DNA of 63,342 nucleotides, the filler included, from Octopus bimaculoides (Eukaryota): the NCBI RefSeq assembly GCF_001194135.2. It is 6 parts of 6 records of this genome, joined end to end, with 100 filler letters (N's around TTAATTAATTAA, not from the genome) between each part and the next. Parts side by side here need not be neighbours in the genome. Positions count along the whole stretch, not along the records: positions 20,372 to 50,201 come from NC_068981.1; 5 more parts are not named here. One strand, given 5' to 3'. Position 1 is the stretch's first letter; each line of letters begins with the position of its first letter. Below are positions 24,321-35,627 of this stretch, in pieces. The position numbers and the translations under genes are program-made. Below the pieces are notes generated by a model that made no database searches, was not told the DNA's origin, and worked only from the letters and a program-made list of their open reading frames with translations.

Positions 24321-26085
24321 GACGTAGTGCACTGAAAGCTGTAATTTCTTCGGATAATGTTTTAAGCGTCGTAGATTAACAATTTTGAAAAAAACTTGGG
24401 TTTCTCACTACACAGTAGTTTGTGGACATAATAAATCATAAAGATTATTTTATTTACAACACAACTTTTATTACTTTAATAACATTAAAAATCAGTGTCA
24501 CGTAGTAAATTATATGAATTGATATGAAACGATACTGAGATGAGGTACAGCTATGTATATCTACTGAGCAACCATCAAAAGGTTTCTGTTTGATAAGTAA
24601 TTAAGTAGCTTAAATGATAGGGCACTTCAAATTTGAACAGAAGATTAGGGTCCGAATGCTACCTGTCTATCATTTTTATCTTTCTTTATCTCTCAGCCCT
24701 TCTCAAGTCTCGCTCCTTTAGTCCATAAATCTGGTAACCCGTGTATCTATTTTTACCCCTTTCTTTATTTTCTTTCCACTCCCTTCCTCTCCCTGTCTTT
24801 ATTCCTTCGTATAAGAATATATACGAACGAACTTATACACTAATATTACTTACAGTTATTTATTATACCAATCGTTCTTACGGAAAGTAAAAAGCTAGAT
24901 TAGATGTGTTATGGAATCTACTTTGTTGCCTCAAATTTCTGAACTTGAATCTATTGCTTTGTTCGATGCTGCTTTTCGTGAATCTTTGCTTCATGCAAGA
25001 CTGCATCAGTGATACATTGGTGCTTGTTTGTATCGCTACCCCTCTCTATATGCAACCTGTTTACAAAACTAAATGTTTTCCTTGTTTTATTTTACATTTG
25101 CAAGGACATATAGTGGTACATCTCTTGATAGTGTTGCTGTTGATGCCAGCCTTTGTTCAGCAGATCATAGACGATCGAGCCGTGGCCATCTTGAGTTTTA
25201 CTATCTCAAGGACTTTATTGTTCAACAAGTCATTATTTATTTGAAATGTTTGGGTGTAATTTGAGGGAAACTGCATAGGATTTACTCCATTGACTCATGT
25301 TGTTGTTGTTGTTGTCGTCGTCGTCATTGTCATTATTGTTGTAGTTCAGCCTCACGTCAGCTTTACATGGTATCATCTATACAGACACAGTTTTGTTGTT
25401 GTTTAGTCCCAGAACTATGAGAAAAAGCATTCTAACTCTTCTGATACCATCTTTTTAATTCCAAACACTTTTTAACGTGCCCCCACCTTTTCCAAGATAG
25501 CGGGGTAGTATTTAAGAGAGATTTAGCTACCATTTCTAGGAGGCCGAGCTGCTATACAGCAGTCCCATTGCTGGCCAAGCAATACAGTAATATTGAACTG
25601 TATGTCATTTAACAGCTGTTGTTCTAAAGCGGCTGAATGGTGATACCTGTACCCTTTACAAAGAAGTATCATATCAGAATGAAATTTATGAATGAAATTA
25701 GTGTAGTTTGAGAGAAAAATGTGTTAGTGATGAAGAAACATATGATTAGGTTAGTTAATTCCAGAAATAGGAAATTCTGAGAAGGATGGATAGTGCATAC
25801 TGCTTAGCGAATAATCTAAATATAGCAATAAAACGAAAAGAATAAAATGTAGATCTGAATGTTCAACAGATATATTTAAGCGTTGAGAGGATAGCAATAG
25901 CATTTGTTAAAAGTACAGGAACTTACAGAAACAACAATTCGGTTAAAAACTGTTAAAACTTTACACTGAACTGACCCTTTTCTGGAAAAAAAGCCAGCGA
26001 TTATATTTGCTTAAAATATGTTTAGATAAGAATGATAAAAAAGAAAAAGAAAAGTCAAAACGTAAATTTGAAGATGCGGAAAATG

Positions 26086-26087
<2 letters not shown>

Positions 26088-26160
<73 letters not shown>
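26088..26160. repeat. (TG)n microsatellite
   Basis: Direct reading. Confidence 0.95.
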
Positions 26161-26607
26161 TGTATGTGACGTATGCATTGTCCGCGAATGTGTATTTGAG
26201 TATTTGTGAATGGTTATGTGTAAATATAATTTCAGCGAATCATGTTAGCATTCGGTGCGTATTTGATATTTAGTTTGAACTGAATGTATACGTAAGATAA
26301 TGGATTCATACATGCTTGAGTTGGTGCTCAATGGACCCAATAAGACTGAATGCATCAATTCCAGCAAGTTGCAGAAAGCTTAAACCTGAACAGAGTTGTC
26401 TTGTTGATAAAGAAAATGGGAGAATCATGTTTAATTCACTTAACGGGCTTAAAGCGAAATGTGTGACGAAAGACAACTATATCTTGGCGCCATATTCAAT
26501 TCTGTAAACATTGATAAAAAAAAAGGAGAAACCACCACCACTATAGTAACAATAATATGACTACTAGAAGTTTTGTGTGAATTTTTCTAGACTGATGAAC
26601 TGGGACT

Positions 26608-26668
26608 AATGTCCTCATCTTGATTGTAACAATTGCAACGTTTCAGTCATGGTACCCTTCTTCAAATT
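26608..26668 (-). mobile_element. Degenerate copy of the hammerhead-bearing short repeat
   Basis: Minus strand TTGAAGAAGGG..CTGAAACGTTG..CAAGATGAGGACA aligns to 10576-10727. Confidence 0.5.
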
Positions 26669-27112
26669 CTGTTGGTATTCAGTAACTTTCTCAGTATGTT
26701 TAACTTAACATCATTATTCAAACCACGGGGAAAGATTATTCTCATTATTTTGTCCATACCAAGGACATTTTCCTACTAGTTATTATTTTGCTTGTGACAT
26801 CACTTAAGCTAGAATATATCTTACCTGACTGACCCTGGTATCGAACTTACATCTGTTACCTAAATTACTTCACTTTATACTTGACATTTAACATTTAATC
26901 AATCGGGTAGTGAAGATACGTGTTAATAGAGCTTCAGGTGTTGGAGGTTAAGCATAAAGAGTGGTGCGTTGTGTTCTTGAACCAAACACTCTGTTTTTCG
27001 TTACTCCATCCCACCCAGCTGCAAATTTGTTCCAACAATAGCGGAAAGTAAAGCCTACGATGGACTGGCTCCCTCTTCAGGAGAGTATGTGATAATCTCA
27101 GCTGCTTATACG

Positions 27113-27460
27113 TCATGGCTCACTGGTTAGAGCGCCAGGCTCACAATCATGTGGTAGTAAATTCGATTCCCGGAGTGGACTGTGTGTTGTATTCTTGAAT
27201 AAGACACTTTAATTCACGTTGCTCCGGTTCACTCACCTGTAGAAATGAGTTGCAACGTCTCTGGTGCCTAGCTGTATCGGCCTTTGCGTTTCCTTTGGAT
27301 AACATCGGTGATATGAAGAGGGGAAGCTGGTATGCATGGGAAACTACTGGTCTTCCATAAGTAATCTTGCCCGGACTTGTGCGTCGGAGGGTAACTTTCT
27401 AGGTGCAATCCCATGGTCATTCATGACCGAAGGGAGTCTTTACTCTTACCCTTTATACCC
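27113..27460 (+). mobile_element. tRNA-derived SINE family C
   Basis: A box (GTCATGGCTCACTGGTTAGAGCG), B box (ATTCGATTCC), TGTGTTGTATTCTTGAATAAGACACTTT central domain, (TTTAC/CCCTT)-like tail. Confidence 0.75.
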
Positions 27461-27720
27461 TTACCCATGGAAACCGAGATAAACTCCGGCTAAATGAAAA
27501 AAATATATAACTTAAGCGTAAACAGCAAGTAACATTTCATGTAGAATAACTGATACGAGAACATCCTTGGTATGGACAACGCAATAACAAAAGTCTACTC
27601 CCGTAGACTTTATAGAAGGTGAGCTTCGAAGATCGTTGGAGGGTACGACAGCAGTGATACTATGACTATAACAACAAAGATGTAACTACTACTCCAAATT
27701 CCTGAAAGCTGGTAGGTAAA

Positions 27721-27846
27721 TATTAATGACTTGTAGGGACGCGGTATTTCGTTATGCAGCCATAATAGACTGTGCGGTATTTCGCAGTATTTATAGGGAC
27801 TTATAGGTTGTATAATGAAATACCACGTCCTTACAAGTCATTAATA
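27721..27846. mobile_element. Fold-back MITE, 41-bp arms
   Basis: 27721-27761 is the reverse complement of 27806-27846 with five transition mismatches. Confidence 0.8.
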
Positions 27847-28170
27847 AAACTACGAACATATTGCTAACGAGTGTTTATTACACCAAGCAAATGACAAATT
27901 TTGTGTGAGATTCTTCTTTTTTTTTTTTGTCTTGATGAAAACTCCTAATTATGTAGAAAACTGTGAAGTTACAGAACGAAAATAGCATTTGATTTAATTT
28001 TATAAACTATTGAATATTTTGCTGTATTATTTGGTTAATGTCTGAAGCCAATTCGGTCAGACTTCAATGAACAGTTTCATAAGAAGAGGAGGTTATCAAA
28101 GAACTCTTTCAGATAATCACATTAGTTTATTAACTCTGTAGTATTTCAAGTGTTGCAAAATATAATAATG

Positions 28171-28402
28171 GTTTCAAACTTTGGCACAAGAATAGCAAGT
28201 TTGTGGGAGGGGGTAAGCGGATTACATCGACCCCAGTGTTCAATTTCTACTTATTTTATCGACCCCTAAAAGATGAAAGCAAAGTCGATCCCTAAAAGAT
28301 GAAAGCAAAAGATAGAATTTGAACTCAGAATGTAGTGACTCTGAAGAAATCTAGCAAGGTAGTTCGTCTGATACACTAACGAGTCTACCGACTCGCCGCC
28401 TT
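28171..28402 (-). mobile_element. SINE family A with internal ~24-bp duplication
   Basis: Consensus match; TAAAAGATGAAAGCAAA repeated. Confidence 0.88.
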
Positions 28403-28425
28403 TAGTAACCTCTTCTCGTTTTGTA

Positions 28426-28598
28426 CCTACAAGGCCTGAAATTTTGGGGGAGGCGTCCAGTCGATTACATCGACCCCAGTGCTCGACTACATCAACCCTC
28501 AAGGGATGAAACGCAAAGTCGACCTCGGAGTAATTCGAACTCAGAATTTAAAGAAGCCGAAGAAATGCCGCTGAACATTTTTGTCCGGTGCGCTAACA
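28426..28598 (-). mobile_element. SINE family A, 5'-truncated
   Basis: Consensus match. Confidence 0.85.
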
Positions 28599-28865
28599 AA
28601 TAGCGACGATTATTCTTGTTGAGAACACGAATCAATTTCAGAAAAATCTGAATAAATTTTAAAAAATAAAAAGGCTATGAAAAAATTAACTACAGTTTAT
28701 GAGTTTTGAATATTTTAGTGATGCTTGTATATATTTTTTAAAAATTTAAATCGTATGTGAGCAATTATCTTTGTTTATTAAACCATACTATATAATTTTT
28801 CACATTGTTGCATCGTTCTAGATCTATAAGTATTGGTTTTAAGATGCAACAACAGCAGCGGAGGC

Positions 28866-28869
<4 letters not shown>

Positions 28870-28899
<30 letters not shown>

Positions 28900-28900
28900 A

Positions 28901-28943
<43 letters not shown>
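28870..28943. repeat. (TAG)n microsatellite
   Basis: Direct reading. Confidence 0.95.
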
Positions 28944-29332
28944 TTATGTTGTTCAAACTTAGGTCAGTTCTGGCCTTAATCTATGAGTAAAAACGTTCCT
29001 GCTGATGTACCCACCTTTATTTTTAGACACGGTTTAAGAGAGATTTGGCTGCTATATCCAGCAAGTCGATTGACCATGTTTAAGACTCCTTGCAGGAAAA
29101 CTTATACACAAGTTTCTAGTTTGTGTTTTTGTTGTTTAGCCGCACGTTAATCCTGATGGAGATGAACGTTGATCAAAAGCCGCTCCAGCGTGACTAGGAC
29201 TACATTGTCTGATATCTCTTTTCTTTATAAGACGGTAGTATGACTAGAGTGGATTTGGCTGCTATTTCTAGTATGTCGTTATCTTGTGTATGTTCAGCAC
29301 TAAAGCCGTTATCGCCTTTCGTTTTCTGTAGA

Positions 29333-29366
29333 TGTGTGTGCGTGCGTGCCTGCATGCGTCCGTGCA

Positions 29367-29405
<39 letters not shown>

Positions 29406-29455
29406 GTGTGTTTGTGTGTGCGTGTGTGTGTGTGTGTGCGCGTGTGTGTGTTTGT

Positions 29456-29518
<63 letters not shown>

Positions 29519-29545
29519 TGTGTGTGCATGCGTGCGTGTGTCTGT
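29333..29545. repeat. Long imperfect (TG)n array
   Basis: Direct reading. Confidence 0.95.
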
Positions 29546-29988
29546 ATGCATTTACATCTAATATTCGGGAGAAAAATACTGTTTCTCTGTCTTTATTTTA
29601 AATCAATTGTTTCACAACTAATTGACTTCGATTATGAGTGGCTGTAAACGCATTTGAAAGTATAATTCATCCAATATTTATTTGACTCGCGTCAACCCCG
29701 TCATCTCCATCAATTATTCAAGTCGTACACACGATCAAACAAACAATAAACTATCAAAAAACGACAAAATGTCTCACCTTCAATAATTAACCAATCATGT
29801 ACAACAATATTAACATTAAATTTAGTGCAACAGCTTTTCAACTTCATTGTAGTCTCATAGGACATAGCATAATGTTAATTCGTTTACACGTTAGTAACAC
29901 TCGGTGCAAACATACAGGTATGTTATTGGTATTTTACACATTTCTATACAGATTTGTTATTATTATTATTGTTATTGTTGTTGTTATT

Positions 29989-30221
29989 AAGGTGGCGAGC
30001 TAGCAGAAACGTTAGCACGCTGAACGAAAAGCGTAGCAGTATTTCGCCTGTCGCTACGTTCTGAGTTCAAATTCCGCTGAGGTCGACCTTGTCTTTCATC
30101 CTTTCGGGGTCGATAAAATAAGTACCAGTTGAATACTGGAGTAGATGTTCTCGACTCACCCCTCCCCGAAAATTCTGGCATTGTGCCAAAATTTGAAACT
30201 ATTATTATTATTATTATTATT
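29989..30221 (+). mobile_element. SINE family A with (ATT)n tail
   Basis: Full consensus match ending AAAATTTGAAAC(TAT)n. Confidence 0.92.
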
Positions 30222-30370
30222 AGAGATGTGAGTTCTTAACTTTTGTATACGACTGCCACAATCCATCACTAAGGTAAACATAGCTGACGTAATCCATCAC
30301 CACGGCCAACTTAATGACCTTAGTGATGGATTGTGGCAATCGTATACAAAAGTTAAGAACTCACCTCTCT
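30222..30370. mobile_element. Near-perfect fold-back MITE, 54-bp arms
   Basis: 30222-30275 vs 30317-30370 reverse complement with two mismatches; 41-nt spacer. Confidence 0.85.
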
Positions 30371-30412
30371 ATCTATTACATTTCTGTTGAGTTACAAGTC
30401 CTTTATATAAAC

Positions 30413-30478
<66 letters not shown>

Positions 30479-30589
30479 CATCATCATCATCTTTCAATTC
30501 TGTTTCTACTTCTTGCCGAGTGCCTTCCTGACTCGTAGGGCAGAGAAACGCACTGTATACATTGGTAGGCCATTAAAATAAACACACCA

Positions 30590-31214
30590 GATTGTTCATT
30601 TACAAAGTCATGTGATAGGGAAAAGGGGGGGAAGAAAGACAAATGGTCAACGCTTTTCCAAGATTATGGGGGCTTGTCACAAAATTTTTGCTCCTTATAA
30701 TGTAATCTTTGAGGAAAAGAAGATGACAATTCAAGGAACTCTCAACCGGTTTTTAAAGCGCATCGAACAAGAACAGCCAGAGTCATCTGTTGATGTTGAT
30801 GATCCACAGCCCTCTACATCCGCGATGTAAACCACCAAATTGTATGTACGTATTGGTAAATTTAAAATAATTTAGTTTTTTTTACTATTGCAAAATAATA
30901 ATTACTAAATTTGTTTTTTAAGCTTAAAAAAAAGGCTTTTATTTTACTATGTCTTACTGCAAACTGCATTCATAAATAAAGCGTCCGGGGTGTACGGTAA
31001 ACACTACCAACTGTATTCGTAAATTTTGGTTACTTATTTTGTTCCTGTTCTGTAATAAAAAATAAAAATTATTTGTTTGTAAGCTTAAAATAGTTTTTTA
31101 TTAACCATGTATTATTGAAAATGCATTCATAAATTAAGAACAGAACTTAAGTCATTTTTCGACTTGAGTTGTGTCTCCTGGAACCAATTAATGACGTAGG
31201 GTGAGGTATGCCTG
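30590..31214 (+). mobile_element. Tigger/pogo element 3' part
   Basis: C-terminal ..FAPYNVIFEEKK..QGTLNRF..DDPQPSTS; terminus ..GGTATGCCTG|TA shared with 38770-39681. Confidence 0.75.
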
Positions 31215-32660
31215 TATATGTATTTAAAAATTGAGCGTTGACTGAACTTCAAAGTTTACATGGTGAGGCTTATCAACCGAAATAGTTTCCTTGAAGCTAA
31301 TGTAGACAATAAAGAAAACAATAAAAACAAATAAAGGGGTCAGTTGCTTACAATGCCAAGAGAGAATTAAAAGTAGTTCTCTACATTATATTTTTAGTGT
31401 GTATGTATGAGTGCATAATACATACATGTAAGGACGACCGTGCGAACTCATAAAAGGAGAAATGGTGACGAATGGAAAAACAGAGGACTCATTTTATTTA
31501 AACGTGTCACACGGTCGAACACAACAATATATATCTAATGATGATATACATGATATGTTATACGACGATAACATAGATGACCAGTAATGAAAGACCACAA
31601 CCGTATTAGATGAATAACAGAGATATTTATTGTAGCGTTAAAGATGTATGTCTGTGTGAGAGTGTGAATGCGACATATAAGAACATAATCAAAGACAGGC
31701 CGTCATGCAAAGAAAAGTGTGTATGTGAGTGATACATGTGTGTATGAGTGTTTACAGCAGATAGAAAGNNNNNNNNNNNNNNNNNNNNNNNNNNNNNNNN
31801 NNNNNNNNNNNNNNNNNNNNNNNNNNNNNNNNNNNNNNNNNNNNNNNNNNNNNNNNNNNNNNNNNNNNNNNNNNNNNNNNNNNNNNNNNNNNNNNNNNNN
31901 NNNNNNNNNNNNNNNNNNNNNNNNNNNNNNNNNNNNNNNNNNNNNNNNNNNNNNNNNNNNNNNNNNNNNNNNNNNNNNNNNNNNNNNNNNNNNNNNNNNN
32001 NNNNNNNNNNNNNNNNNNNNNNNNNNNNNNNNNNNNNNNNNNNNNNNNNNNNNNNNNNNNNNNNNNNNNNNNNNNNNNNNNNNNNNNNNNNNNNNNNNNN
32101 NNNNNNNNNNNNNNNNNNNNNNNNNNNNNNNNNNNNNNNNNNNNNNNNNNNNNNNNNNNNNNNNNNNNNNNNNNNNNNNNNNNNNNNNNNNNNNNNNNNN
32201 NNNNNNNNNNNNNNNNNNNNNNNNNNNNNNNNNNNNNNNNNNNNNNNNNNNNNNNNNNNNNNNNNNNNNNNNNNNNNNNNNNNNNNNNNNNNNNNNNNNN
32301 NNNNNNNNNNNNNNNNNNNNNNNNNNNNNNNNNNNNNNNNNNNNNNNNNNNNNNNNNNNNNNNNNNNNNNNNNNNNNNNNNNNNNNNNNNNNNNNNNNNN
32401 NNNNNNNNNNNNNNNNNNNNNNNNNNNNNNNNNNNNNNNNNNNNNNNNNNNNNNNNNNNNNNNTGCCGATTCGAATAATGATCAGTCACGTGATGACAAG
32501 GTTAATGTTTTCCGCTACGTTCGCGTTTGTTTATATTTAAATGAGAAGAATGGCGATAGCAGTTTTGTATCTAGTGACGATAGGTAGTTTCACTACATAC
32601 ATACATACTTATGTTTGTGTGTATATAACAATGTGTGTGAATGTGTGTGCGTGTGTGTGT

Positions 32661-32699
<39 letters not shown>

Positions 32700-34329
32700 G
32701 TATGTGACGCATGGGCATATTAGATGCACGCCATTTTCAGCAGCGCATATTCGGTAAAAGAAGATTTTAACGAATTAAAGCATTTAGTTTTGGCCCAACG
32801 TATCATATAGGAGCCGGGATGACTTTTTGAGATATTTGAGGTGGGAGGAGTGAGTCCAAGGCATATAACATTCATATGTTGGTACAGTCAGTGTCTTTAG
32901 CCTGTGTGTTCATAGGATCATCAAACAAATTATGGCTGGAGAGAGGTTATTTATATACGATATAGTTTTCCTGTCATAATGTGGCGGAAAAGGTGTTGGT
33001 GGAAGGAAGAAAAAGATGGAAAAAGGCAGGAGAAAGAGGGAAACGGGATAAAGGGTATATGGGATTCCTTTTTCTTTCCCTAAACATCCCCCCACCCACC
33101 GGGTTTTTAGCGTCTTTTTTTCTTTCTTTCCTCCACGAGCATCTTATTCTCTTACTTATAACAGAAATCTTATACATATGAGATTTACCCATTTCTTCGT
33201 AGACTAAAAAAAAAGTCAAAAACAGCCTAAATCGATTTTCTACCCTGTTTAATGACCCTGTGAACATAGAGGTACAACTCCAGAATAGTAAAAAAACTTG
33301 ACCAAAATGAGAATATTAATTACATTGGTACTGAATACTCTTTCTTCTGGCAATCAACATTAAATGTGTGTGTGTGTGTGTGTGTGTGTAACTCTGAAAT
33401 ATAAATGCCAACACTCTTACACATATACATATATATCGCTTACTGTCAAAAAAAAAAATGAATAAATAAATAGTATAGTGATGTAAAGAATATATTTTTT
33501 AAAATGCTGCACTCATATAATCTCAATTGTTTGACATAGTTTGTAACAGAACTTATTTTTCTCTGCTGGGAGCTCACATGCCTTTTGTACTGATTTCCCT
33601 TAGAGGGATGTTAGCAGATAACAGAAAATAAAAACATGGAACGAAAACAATAAGAATAAGAGTTCGCTGTTAGTGCAAGTTGGAACTGGTGTTTGTTGTT
33701 AGCTGAGAAAGTTTTTGTCTGCGTGGTGTGTGAGAGGGGAGTCAATGACAAAAGATGCCAGTCTAGATATCTGTATGTCTAGTTATTTCGTAGTTTCGGG
33801 GTATCTACTGTTACGGTAGCTGTCGTCTGTTATAGTCGCAGCGGAAATAAAAACCACTGAAATATCAAATATTTTTCTTGGTTTGTCTAACAGTTAATAT
33901 ATAATTGTAGAGACTCCACCCGTACACTTTCAACAATAGTTTTTTTTTTTTTTCAGCTTTCTTTCAATTATGCTTTCTTCTTCCTCACCCTACACTGCCA
34001 TCCGCTTCTTTCTTTATCTTCCACTTCCCCTCTTCTTTCTATATTCATCTATTTTCTTTTAGTCATTGTTTTTGTATATTTCTTGGTTTTTTTAAACTTT
34101 TTACGTCATTCTCAATTGTCGTATTCATTCAACGTCCATTGCTTATTTTAATTTGTGTGTGTATGTGTGCGTGTGCGCGTGTGTGTATGTATATATAGGC
34201 TTAGCAGCCCTTCCTGTTTGTTTTCACTGTACTGTTTGTGTTACCAATTTTGACCCTCCGCAAAATCTCAAATTTTATTTAATTTGCTTTGCGGGAGCAA
34301 CTGTTTTATCGAAAGCGTATATTGTTGTT

Positions 34330-34550
34330 AAATGCTCGAAATACGAGATTAGAAAAACAGCCAACAACTGATGAAGGGTCGTTCTTTATGTTGTTTGTCT
34401 TGTTTTCCATTTGGTTTCTTTCGTTGTTCGAAAAAGTAGTTCATATTCCATGTACTCGTACTTCGTAATTTTTTTGCTGTACACGTTTTGTGATGTCCTG
34501 CGCCCACATATGCATGTACATATACGTATGTACATATACGTATGTACATG

Positions 34551-34560
<10 letters not shown>
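34330..34560 (+). mobile_element. Second Penelope-like pLTR-type repeat (decayed)
   Basis: TCGAAA..GAG.TTAGAA..CAG..CTGATGAA followed by a T-rich tract, similar to 49991-50201. Confidence 0.4.
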
Positions 34561-34584
<24 letters not shown>

Positions 34585-35323
34585 NNNNNNNNNNNNNNNN
34601 NNNNNNNNNNNNNNNNNNNNNNNNNNNNNNNNNNNNNNNNNNNNNNNNNNNNNNNNNNNNNNNNNNNNNNNNNNNNNNNNNNNNNNNNNNNNNNNNNNNN
34701 NNNNNNNNNNNNNNNNNNNNNNNNNNNNNNNNNNNNNNNNNNNNNNNNNNNNNNNNNNNNNNNNNNNNNNNNNNNNNNNNNNNNNNNNNNNNNNNNNNNN
34801 NNNNNNNNNNNNNNNNNNNNNNNNNNNNNNNNNNNNNNNNNNNNNNNNNNNNNNNNNNNNNNNNNNNNNNNNNNNNNNNNNNNNNNNNNNNNNNNNNNNN
34901 NNNNNNNNNNNNNNNNNNNNNNNNNNNNNNNNNNNNNNNNNNNNNNNNNNNNNNNNNNNNNNNNNNNNNNNNNNNNNNNNNNNNNNNNNNNNNNNNNNNN
35001 NNNNNNNNNNNNNNNNNNNNNNNNNNNNNNNNNNNNNNNNNNNNNNNNNNNNNNNNNNNNNNNNNNNNNNNNNNNNNNNNNNNNNNNNNNNNNNNNNNNN
35101 NNNNNNNNNNNNNNNNNNNNNNNNNNNNNNNNNNNNNNNNNNNNNNNNNNNNNNNNNNNNNNNNNNNNNNNNNNNNNNNNNNNNNNNNNNNNNNNNNNNN
35201 NNNNNNNNNNNNNNNNNNNNNNNNNNNNNNNNNNNNNNNNNNNNNNNNNNNNNNNNNNNNNNNNNNNNNNNNNNNNNNNNNNNNNNNNNNNNNNNNNNNN
35301 NNNNNNNNNNNNNNNNNNNNNNN

Positions 35324-35590
35324 GCCCGTCGTATATGTATATATATATGTATATGTATGTATATGTATGTGTGTGTATATGTTTGTGTGTCTGTTTGTCC
35401 CACCCAACATCGCTTGACAACGGATGTTGGTGTGTTTACGTCCCCGTAACTTAGCGGTTCGGTAAAAGAGACCGATAGAATAAGTACTAGGCTTTACAAA
35501 GAATAAGTCCTGGGGTCGATTTGCTCGACTAAAGGCGGTGCTTCAGCATGGCCGCAGTCAGATAACTGTAACGAGTAAAATAGTAAAAGA

Positions 35591-35592
<2 letters not shown>
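35324..35592 (+). mobile_element. SINE family B tail half
   Basis: GCCCGTCG(TA)n through GTAAAAGAG; close to consensus. Confidence 0.93.

Positions 35593-35622
<30 letters not shown>

Positions 35623-35627
<5 letters not shown>

Noticed and set aside
24900-25270. Protein-looking ORFs (e.g. RTYSGTSLDSVAVDASLCSADH)
   Set aside because: Weak splice sites, no recognisable motif, stops in neighbouring frames; left unannotated.
27113-27175. tRNA-like A/B boxes as tRNA genes (also heads of families A and B)
   Set aside because: No cloverleaf or acceptor stem; they continue into SINE bodies.
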